A stretch of 31,191 nucleotides of DNA from Gammaproteobacteria bacterium (lineage in GTDB: Bacteria > Pseudomonadota > Gammaproteobacteria > S144-34). The notes under the pieces were generated by a model. That model was not told the origin of the DNA. It was given only the letters and a program-made list of their open reading frames with translations, and did no database searches. Shown here piece by piece: positions 8,600 through 15,202 of the stretch. Position 1 is the stretch's first letter. Each line of letters starts with the position of its first letter. A program made the position numbers and the translations under genes. The stretch spans positions 1 to 31,191 of the forward strand of contig WGBS01000185.1 of the NCBI GenBank assembly GCA_015494165.1, given 5' to 3'.

Positions 8600-9180
8600 G
8601 CGCAGACCGGCCTGCCAAGGGCTGGAGGCGGGAAGGAGACCACTGCACCACATCCGGCATCTGTCGGTGGCGTCTTCGCTGCGATGCCGGGACGTGAAGG
8701 TATCCGCCGGCAGGGGCCGAATCTGAAAAGCGAGCTCGTCGCCCGAGGGCTTCCACGGGTTGCCCTGCCGCGGGCCAGCCGACCTGTTTCGCCTTCAGCC
8801 CGCTGGCGCGATCATGAACGCAGGCTATGCGCCTGTCCTGTGCGGTGCCGGTGCTGCCTCCTTCGCTCGTGCGACACAGGCCGTCTGCGCTCGCCACGGC
8901 TCGCCGCGACGTGGCACCGCCTAGGTCTGGCAGGCGAGCTTGTTGGCCAGCGCCACGGCCACCACCTTGGGCCGGGGTCGGCGCACGAGGCGTTCGGCCC
9001 AGGGTCGGGCGCTCGGCCGAGCGGCGGCATGTGCCGGCGCACGTGCTGCAGCCGCGGTCGGGCATCGAGCACCAGCAACCGGCACAGGTAGCCATTGCCG
9101 CGCTTGCTGATACGCCTGAGCCGCTGGCGCTCGCCCAAGCTGTGCTCCCCAGGCCGCCGCCAGGGGTTACCATCTGCCGG
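8600..9180 (-). mobile_element. IS110-family (IS1111-type) remnant: degraded transposase C-terminus plus 3' non-coding end
   Basis: Minus-strand fragments EHS.G.RQRL.RISKRGNGYL.RLLV and WAERLVRRPRPKVVAVALANKLA..*AV.RRGEP, with frameshifts and a TAG at the usual Trp position; the N-terminal part is absent. Confidence 0.8.
8630..8800 (-). ncRNA. Putative bridge/seek RNA-like region of the IS1111-type remnant
   Basis: Lies downstream of the transposase remnant; perfect 8-bp stems 8654-8661/8683-8690 and 8708-8715/8763-8770; GCGAAACAGGTCGG...CAACCCG...GCGGATACC...GCCGGATG layout resembles IS1111-type 3' ends as I recall them. Confidence 0.5.
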
Positions 9181-9213
9181 ACGCAAGCCGGGGAGGCTGC
9201 GGGCGCGGAGGAC

Positions 9214-9861
9214 ATGGCCAGACGGCTGAAGGGGGCGGAACGCCGCCGGCTCATCCTGCAGAGGGCCAAGCGCCTGTTCGCGCGCAGGGGCTACGGGGGC
9301 GTGTCCATGGACGAGCTCGCGGCGGCCTGCGGCGTCAGCCCGGCCGTGATCTATCGGCACTTTCCTTCCAAGGAGGCCCTCTACCGGGAGGTGCTGCATA
9401 CCTTCGCCTGCGCGCGCGAGGACTACCTGGCCGCCCTGCTCGAAGGCCCCGACGACTTCGCGGAGACGCTCCGACGCCTCACGCTGGCCTACCTGCGCGC
9501 CCGCCTCCGGGACCGCGACACGCTGCGCATGGAGCTGCGCAGCATCGCCGACCAGGACCGCGTCCGCCGCGCGATCTACGAAAGCCAGTGGGCGGGCCTG
9601 GCCGGCTACGTCGAGGACGTGCTGCGCGAGCGCGCCGGCGGCGACGGCCGGCGCGCGGCGGAGATGGCACGCCTTGCGGCGCTCGCCTATGTCGGCATGG
9701 TGCGCGAGGCGCTGATCCGGCTCGGCCTGAAAGCCGCTCCGGCGGAGACCGGCGAGGAGGGGCTCGAGGGGCTCAGCCGCGATCTCGTCACCATCTTCCT
9801 GGAGGGGGTCGCCGGGGCGATGCGGCGCTCATCCGGCCCCCGCGTCCAAGACCAGGCGTAG
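9214..9861 (+). CDS. TetR/AcrR-family transcriptional regulator
   Basis: ERRRLILQRAKRLFARRGYGGVSMDELAAACGVSPAVIYRHFPSKEALY HTH; RBS GGAGGA before ATG 9214. Confidence 0.92.
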   Translation: MARRLKGAERRRLILQRAKRLFARRGYGGVSMDELAAACGVSPAVIYRHFPSKEALYREVLHTFACAREDYLAALLEGPDDFAETLRRLTLAYLRARLRDRDTLRMELRSIADQDRVRRAIYESQWAGLAGYVEDVLRERAGGDGRRAAEMARLAALAYVGMVREALIRLGLKAAPAETGEEGLEGLSRDLVTIFLEGVAGAMRRSSGPRVQDQA

Positions 9862-10460
9862 ACCCTCGCCCCGCCCTTCCCAGTAGGCGAGCTTGACCCA
9901 CAGCAGCGCCGCCGCCTCCAGGCAGAGCGCGTTCTCGAGCCTTCCGCAATCGACGGGGAGGAATCCGCAACGGGCGGCGAGCGTCATCACCCGGGCCCTG
10001 GCCTCGTCCGAATCGCCGCAGCACCAGACCTGCCTCACGGGCGGCCCGTGCACCGGACCGTCGATCAGCTCCGCCTTCAGCCCGTTGAAGGCCTTGACCA
10101 CCTCGACTCCGCCAGCCGCGGCCGCGATGCGCTCGGCACCGGAGAGCCCGCCCTCGCCCACGTCCAGCCGGCTCCAGTCACCGGATTGGTCGCATCCGCC
10201 AGGACCCTGCCGGCCAGCACCGGCCGGAGCCGCGCGGTCGTCTCCACCGCGACGCGCCACGGGACGGCCAGCACGATGAGCCCGGACGCGCGGCAGGCGT
10301 CCTCATAGGGCATGACGTCGCCTCCGTGCACCGCCCGGACCTGCGGCGTGTCGTGCCGGCGTGAGCCCACCGCCACCCGGAGGCCCGCCCGCCGCATGCG
10401 CCCGGCGAGCGCCGAGCCGAGCTTGCCCGCTCCGAGCACCGAGACGTCGTAGGCGATCAC
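9829..10460 (-). pseudogene. NADP oxidoreductase (F420-dependent NADP reductase-like), frameshifted
   Basis: GAGKLG Rossmann motif, VLAVPW and DATNP in one frame; SGAERIA, VVKAFN, CGD and ENALCLE in another; frame switch at about 10177-10184. Confidence 0.8.
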
Positions 10461-11152
10461 CCGCCCTCTCCGCCCTGGCCGGAACGAGGGCCCGCGTCGC
10501 GCCCGCTTCCGAACCGCCCCCAGTGCACGATGTCCTCGAAGCCGCGCCGCTGCTGCCGCGGCAGCTCGGGGCCCGCCGGGTGGCCGACGGCGATCAGCAT
10601 CGCGACGATGTAGTTGTCCGGCACGCCCAGCAGCTCCCGCACGCCCCGGGGATCGAAGCCGATCATCGGGAGCGTCGCGAGGCCCATGCCGTGGGCCACC
10701 AGCATGAAGGTCATGGCCGCGAGACAGGCCCCGCCCACGGCGTGCTCGATACGGCGCGCCTCGTCCGGATAGAGCACGTCGACCGCCTCCATGTACGCGC
10801 GCCGCTTCTCCTCGTCGATGTAGCCGTTCTCGACGAACTGCCGCAGGACCTCCTCCGAACGCCGGTGCGGATCCTTGTCACCGAGCACGGCCACGACCGC
10901 GGCCGCATCGAGCACCGGACGCTGGTTCCAGCACAGGGGATAGAGGGCGCGCTTGCGGTCCTCCTAGTCGACGACCACGAAGTCCCAGGGCTGGAAGTTG
11001 AAGGACGAGGGGCTGAGCTCCGTCAGCTCGAACAGCTTGCGCCACTGCGCCTCGGAGATCCTCGTCCCCGGCCTGAAGCGGTGCACCGAGCGCCTCGTGC
11101 GCACCGCCTCCTCGAGCGGCATCCCGATCATGCCCGCCTCGTCGTCCATCAT
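10457..11152 (-). pseudogene. Nitroreductase-family protein with an in-frame amber stop
   Basis: RRSVHRF, SPSSFNFQPWDFVVVD-TAG-EDRKRALYPLCWNQ, then MLVAHGMGLATLPMIGFD and MLIAVGHP; a single TAG at 10964-10966 with the same frame on both sides. Confidence 0.85.
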
Positions 11153-11170
11153 GCGCCTCCTTCTGTTATG

Positions 11171-11212
11171 AATGAACGTTCACTGTGTAGACGGCCCCGC
11201 GGCGGCCGTCAA
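11171..11212 (-). promoter_or_regulatory. Sigma70-like promoter with palindromic operator for the nitroreductase operon
   Basis: TTGACG-N17-TACACA on the minus strand; perfect palindrome TGAACGTTCA at 11173-11182 just downstream; RBS AAGGAGG. Confidence 0.6.
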
Positions 11213-11364
11213 GGCGCCCTCTGCATCCCATGCGCTCGGCACGCCCCCTAAGCCGCCGGCGGCCGCGCACCGCCGCCTCCCCGACCGGGATGAGCCGGCA
11301 AGGCCAAGCGGGACGCCCGAACCCGGGGGGACTCCGCTTCACTGGACGGATCCCGTGCGGCGCG

Positions 11365-11544
11365 CACGTGGAGACCCGCCGGCGAGCGGCGCTCCACGGG
11401 GAAGTGGCTGCTCAGGGTCGGCTGGACGTCGGCGTCGACCAGCAGGACGCGGGCGCCGAGGTCCGCGAGCAGGCCGCCCAGGTTGGCCGTGAGGGTGGTC
11501 TTGCCGACGCCACCCTTTGTGGAACAGACAGTTACGGTCGCCAT
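11365..11544 (-). pseudogene. N-terminal fragment of ParA/Soj ATPase (ICE-type)
   Basis: [10 protein letters not shown] Walker A and [14 protein letters not shown]; recognisable similarity stops after about 60 codons. Confidence 0.75.
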
Positions 11545-11586
11545 GGCCCAGTCCTCCCTCGGTGCCGGGAGGTGGGCCGCCGCCCG

Positions 11587-11642
11587 TTGCATACCGCAGC
11601 GCAGCAAGCTATGTTTTGGTCTACTGTTGACGTTAACGTTAA
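11587..11642 (+). promoter_or_regulatory. Sigma70-like promoter and MerR-type palindromic operator
   Basis: TTGCAT-N17-TATGTT; near-perfect 16-bp palindrome TTGACGTTAACGTTAA at 11627-11642 directly before RBS AAGGAGG. Confidence 0.55.
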
Positions 11643-11654
11643 AAAGGAGGCGCC

Positions 11655-11894
11655 ATGACAGCCAGTAGTTTCAAGGCGGACGTTCTCATTCACGTGAACA
11701 GCGCCCTCGACGGAACCACCTTCAACCGCGTGGCAGCTGCACTCCGGCGCGTCGAGGGTGTCAACGCGGTCGAGTTCGCTCCCGCAGGCGCACATCTGGT
11801 ACGGGTGAGCTACGACCCCCAGCAGGCACGCTCGGACCGGCTGCTCGAGACCGTGACCGCGCTCGGGCACCAGGCCCAGCTGGTCGGCCTCTGA
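11655..11894 (+). CDS. Small HMA-like (ferredoxin-fold) protein lacking CxxC
   Basis: Strong RBS; 79 aa with the GV..V...HLVRVSYDP....LLETV..LG pattern of HMA folds; contains no Cys. Confidence 0.7.
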   Translation: MTASSFKADVLIHVNSALDGTTFNRVAAALRRVEGVNAVEFAPAGAHLVRVSYDPQQARSDRLLETVTALGHQAQLVGL

Positions 11895-11899
11895 GCCCC

Positions 11900-12409
11900 G
11901 TGGGCAAAGCACGGAAGACGGTTCCTATCGGCTCGTTCAAGGCGCTCAAGATCGGTGAGGCCGCACAGCGGCTCGGTGTCACCCCTCGAACGCTGCGCTT
12001 CTACGAGGAGCTTGGACTCGTGCAGCCGCACCGCACAGCGCGGGGCACCCGGCTCTACCGAGAGGCCGATCTGAAGCGCCTTGAGGTGGTCCAAACGCTG
12101 GCGCAGCTCGGGATGCCCCTTGCCGAGGCGCAAGCGCTCGCCCGAACGCGGCCAGACAGCGCAAGCGGAGACGAGGCGAGCCATAGAGTGGCCGCAATCT
12201 TGGACCGGCTTGAAAAGGAGCTGGAGGCGAAGATGCACGCCTGCCGAGACACGCTGGCCCAAATCAGGGCCGCTCGACAGGTGGTGGAAGCTTGCTTCGG
12301 ATGTAAGCGTCCACCGACCCGACAGGGCTGTAGTGGGTGTCCGGTCGCCAAACGCCGGCACAGCTCACGACTCTTCAATCTCATATGGGAACCTGACCCG
12401 GAAAGCTGA
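11900..12409 (+). CDS. MerR-family transcriptional regulator with C-terminal Cys cluster
   Basis: IGEAAQRLGVTPRTLRFYEELGLVQPHRTARGTRLY HTH; C-terminal CFGC-x8-CSGC. Confidence 0.9.
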   Translation: MGKARKTVPIGSFKALKIGEAAQRLGVTPRTLRFYEELGLVQPHRTARGTRLYREADLKRLEVVQTLAQLGMPLAEAQALARTRPDSASGDEASHRVAAILDRLEKELEAKMHACRDTLAQIRAARQVVEACFGCKRPPTRQGCSGCPVAKRRHSSRLFNLIWEPDPES

Positions 12410-12533
12410 AGCGCGCGGTAACACGCCGCCCAGCTTCACCAGACGCGGCTTCGCTCCGCGGCCGGTACGGACCATGCGCACCTAGCCTGCGAAGCGCAAT
12501 GGCGCCATGGCCCCAGAGACGAACCCTGCCGGC

Positions 12534-12731
12534 CTAAGGCCTAAGGGTGGTGGCCATGTAGCATCCAATCCGCCAGTTGGTGATGGCCTTCTCGGCCGCC
12601 TCCAGCACCTGGCCGATCCGCTCCTCGTCGAGCCCCAGCCGTGACCTGCGAAGGCGCTTTCGGAGAAGGTCGGCAAGGCTCGCGTCCCAGCGGAATTCGA
12701 CGAGCTCCCAAAAGTCACCAGGCGACCACAT
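12534..12731 (-). CDS. Small hypothetical protein or gene fragment
   Basis: 65-aa ORF with ATG and a GAAGGGG RBS-like sequence; no family recognised. Confidence 0.35.
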   Translation of the reverse strand: MWSPGDFWELVEFRWDASLADLLRKRLRRSRLGLDEERIGQVLEAAEKAITNWRIGCYMATTLRP

Positions 12732-12830
12732 GCGCCCCCCTTCAGCGCAGCCCCTTGTGGAGATGCGCTGCGCCAGGCCGGCAAGGGGAACCGGCTTTTC
12801 GGGAGCGACCCTGGGCGCAGCGGCTGATCG

Positions 12831-13091
12831 TCAGCGGTAGACCTCCTTGCGGTGGCCGACCCTCACCACCTCGATCACGAGTAGCCCGGTCTCGACGGAA
12901 TAGATCAAGCGATAGTCCCCCACCCGTATGCGCCACGTGTGCTCGGCGCCGTGCAGCTTGCGCGCACCCGGCGGGAACGGATCATCCGTAAGCCGCTCGG
13001 CCGCCTCGACCAGCCGGCGTACCGCCTCCCGCGGGAGCTTGCGCAGCTCGCGCTCGGCCGAGCGCTTCCAGACGAGCCTATAGGAGCCCAT
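12831..13091 (-). CDS. RelE/ParE-family toxin
   Basis: 86 aa; YRLVWKRSAERELRKL, KLHG, WRIRVGDYRLIY, VGHRKEVYR. Confidence 0.92.
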   Translation of the reverse strand: MGSYRLVWKRSAERELRKLPREAVRRLVEAAERLTDDPFPPGARKLHGAEHTWRIRVGDYRLIYSVETGLLVIEVVRVGHRKEVYR

Positions 13092-13272
13092 CGGCGCGGA
13101 GCCGCTTGACCAGCTCCTCGTGCGTCACCGTCGGCTCGTCGCGCCGCTCGGCCACCGCCGCGAGGTCCGCCAGGTCCTCGAGCAGCGCCTCGTACTCCTC
13201 GACGGGCAGCACCACCGAGACGCGGTTGCCGTGCTCGTCGGTGATCCAGGCCGGATGCAGCTTCCCGTTCAT
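13078..13272 (-). CDS. Cognate antitoxin (RelB/Phd-like)
   Basis: 64-aa acidic protein (VVLPVEEYEALLEDLADL) overlapping the toxin start by 14 nt; RBS GAGGAGG. Confidence 0.85.
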   Translation of the reverse strand: MNGKLHPAWITDEHGNRVSVVLPVEEYEALLEDLADLAAVAERRDEPTVTHEELVKRLRADGLL

Positions 13273-13284
13273 GGCGGCTCCTCC

Positions 13285-14514
13285 TCAGCGGTTGCGGCCC
13301 GTCACCGGCAGCACAACCACCTTGTCGCCCTCGCGGAGCATGTCCAGGTAGTCGGCCCAGCGCTGCATCATCTCGCGGCGCTGTTCCAGGAAGCGCGTGC
13401 GGTTGTAGGCCCGCCCCAAGCGGTCCGGCACCTCGTGGCCGAGCTGGTGCTCCACCACGTCGGGCTCGTAGCCCAGCCGCTCCGCGAGCAGCGTGCGCGC
13501 CACCGCCCGCCAGCCGTGGGCGGTGATCTCGTTGCGCGTGTCGATGCCCATGCGGCGGTAGGCCGCGTTGATCGCCTCGGCCGACAGCGGCCGCAGCGCC
13601 GAGCGGGCGCCCGGGAACACCCACCCGCCCGGCAGGTGGGCCGTCTGCGGGCGCAGCTCCTCGAGGATCGCCACCGCCTGGCGCGCGAGCGGCACCAGGT
13701 GCGCATGGCCCGTCTTGCTCGCCGTGAAGCGCCACTCGGCCGCCTCGAGGTCCACCTGCTCCCAGCGCATGTGCCGCAGCTCGCCCGGCCGCACGAACAG
13801 CAGCGGCAGCAGCCGCAGCGCCGCCCGCACCACGGGCGTGCCCTGGTAGCCGTCGATCACCCGCAGCAGCGCGCCCACCTCCCGCGGGTCCTCGGGGGCC
13901 GGCATGTGCCGCTGCTCCACCGGGGCGAGCGCGCCCTTCAGGTCCGGCGTGGGGTCACGCTCCGCCCGGCCCGTCGAGACCGCGTAGCGCATCACCTGGC
14001 CGATGTGCAGCAACACCTTCCTCGCGGTGTAGGGGCTGCACTCGCGCTCGGCCCGCCGCACCACCGCCAGCACCTCCGGCGGCTCGATCTCGGCCACGGG
14101 GCGGCGGCCCAGGTACGGAAAGGCGTAGGCCCGCAGCCGCTGGATGACACCGCGCGCGTAGGACGGCGCCCAGCCCGGGGAGCGGTGGGCGAACCATTCC
14201 TCGGCCACGGCCTCGAAGGTGTGGCGCGCCAGCTCCTGGCGGCGCAGCTTCTCCTCGCGCCGCCGCTCGGCGGGGTCCTCGCCCTGGGCGAGCACCCGGC
14301 GGGCCTCGTCACGCAGCACGCGCGCGTCCGCCAGCCCCACCTCGGGATAGCGGCCAAGCGCCAGGCGCTTCTCCTTGCCCGCGAAGCGGTACTTCAGACG
14401 CCACAGCTTCGAGCCCGCCGGGGTGACCTCCAGATAGAGACCGCCGGTGTCGTACACCCGGAAGGTGCGCTCGCGGGGCTTGGTGGCGCGGATGACGGCA
14501 TCGGTCAGCGGCAT
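13285..14514 (-). CDS. P4-family tyrosine recombinase/integrase
   Basis: MPLTD start, arm-binding domain (DTGGLYLEV, WRLKYRFAGKEKRLALG.YP), catalytic RPGELR, K (ASKT), HGWR, LGH and Y (YNR); RBS GGAGG. Confidence 0.95.
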   Translation of the reverse strand: MPLTDAVIRATKPRERTFRVYDTGGLYLEVTPAGSKLWRLKYRFAGKEKRLALGRYPEVGLADARVLRDEARRVLAQGEDPAERRREEKLRRQELARHTFEAVAEEWFAHRSPGWAPSYARGVIQRLRAYAFPYLGRRPVAEIEPPEVLAVVRRAERECSPYTARKVLLHIGQVMRYAVSTGRAERDPTPDLKGALAPVEQRHMPAPEDPREVGALLRVIDGYQGTPVVRAALRLLPLLFVRPGELRHMRWEQVDLEAAEWRFTASKTGHAHLVPLARQAVAILEELRPQTAHLPGGWVFPGARSALRPLSAEAINAAYRRMGIDTRNEITAHGWRAVARTLLAERLGYEPDVVEHQLGHEVPDRLGRAYNRTRFLEQRREMMQRWADYLDMLREGDKVVVLPVTGRNR

Positions 14515-14576
14515 GGCATGGGCCTCCACAGGCGGTGTCGCGGGTTCGATTCCTCGTGGGAACCGAACAGGGCGCG

Positions 14577-14625
14577 TGCCCCCAGGGGGTCGATATGCCC
14601 CCAAATATGCCCCCAGAATGCCCCC
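14577..14625. repeat. Integrase arm-type site array
   Basis: TGCCCCC four times; three copies at 12-bp period (ATATGCCCCCA at 14593 and 14605, AATGCCCCC at 14617). Confidence 0.7.
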
Positions 14626-14635
14626 GTTGGCAATG

Positions 14636-14715
14636 GACGCCGCTGGACGTCACCGGACAGGTTTTTGCTGTAGAGGCGGGACGTTGCGGGAGCCTTTCAG
14701 ACGCCGCTGGACGTC
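14636..14715. repeat. 16-bp perfect direct repeat in the att-int spacer
   Basis: GACGCCGCTGGACGTC at 14636-14651 and 14700-14715. Confidence 0.8.
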
Positions 14716-14729
14716 CCTGAACGCGCTGT

Positions 14730-14805
14730 TGGTGGCCAGGGACGGAATCGAACCGCCGACACGGGGATTTTCAGTCCCCTGCTCTACCAACTGAGCTACC
14801 TGGCC
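14730..14805 (-). tRNA. tRNA-Phe (GAA)
   Basis: 76 nt GGCCAGGTAGCTCAGTTGGTAGAGC...CTGAAAA...GGTTCGATTCC...CCTGGCCACCA; cloverleaf with encoded CCA. Confidence 0.97.
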
Positions 14806-14916
14806 GCTCGGAAGGGAGGGGTATTGAACGGCCGCCCGCGCGGGGCTGTCAAGCGCGTGCGTCCAGCGGCGGCACCAGCCGGGGCAGACACGGGCGGGTG
14901 GCCGCCCGCGGGCGGC

Positions 14917-15201
14917 TCAGCCGCCGGCGCCGGTCCCGGGCGGCGTCCAGCCCGCGGGCGGCTCGGCGCCGCCGCCGAAGAGGAAGCGCTCCATCTCGCG
15001 CTCGAGGAAGCGCCGCGCCTCGGGGTCGGTGAGCACCAGGCGGTGCTCGTTGATGAGCATGGTCTGGTGGCGAAGCCACATCTGCCAGGCCTCCTTGGAG
15101 ACCTGCTCGTAGATGCGCCGCCCCAGCTCGCCCGGGTAGGGCGGGAAGTCGAGGCCCTCGGCCTCGCGGCCGAGCTTGACGCACTGCACCATGCGGGCCA
15201 T
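14917..15201 (-). CDS. yggX: Fe(II)-trafficking/oxidative damage protection protein YggX
   Basis: [28 protein letters not shown]...[16 protein letters not shown]; directly after mutY. Confidence 0.95.
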   Translation of the reverse strand: MARMVQCVKLGREAEGLDFPPYPGELGRRIYEQVSKEAWQMWLRHQTMLINEHRLVLTDPEARRFLEREMERFLFGGGAEPPAGWTPPGTGAGG

Positions 15202-15202
15202 G

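Larger units (their letters stand above)
8557..14729. mobile_element. Decaying genomic island(s) at the tRNA-Phe 3' end
   Basis: P4-type integrase beside the tRNA 3' end, TA pair, several pseudogenes, IS remnant, visibly more A/T-rich stretches. The left boundary is approximate. Confidence 0.7.

Noticed and set aside
10964-10966. Amber recoding (pyrrolysine or alternative genetic code) as the explanation for the nitroreductase TAG
   Set aside because: TAG ends other clear genes here (ykgJ-like, tetR, tas), no pyl genes are visible and the neighbouring gene is also broken.
11295-11350. Possible IS3-like terminal repeat at the parA truncation point
   Set aside because: The resemblance is vague, and there is no partner repeat or transposase.
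12766-12833. Integron attC site after the toxin gene
   Set aside because: The bulged hairpin is attC-like, but the AAC/GTT core triplets are missing and there is no intI or cassette array.
14531-14566. A tRNA gene or pseudogene on the + strand
   Set aside because: Only the T-loop region resembles tRNA; there is no D-arm, anticodon arm or full T-stem. Kept only as a complementarity finding.
14824-14852. tRNA-Phe promoter sharing TTGACAGCCCC with the tRNA-Gly promoter
   Set aside because: The -35 is clear but the -10 is poor; the shared GC run is probably ordinary stable-RNA promoter composition.
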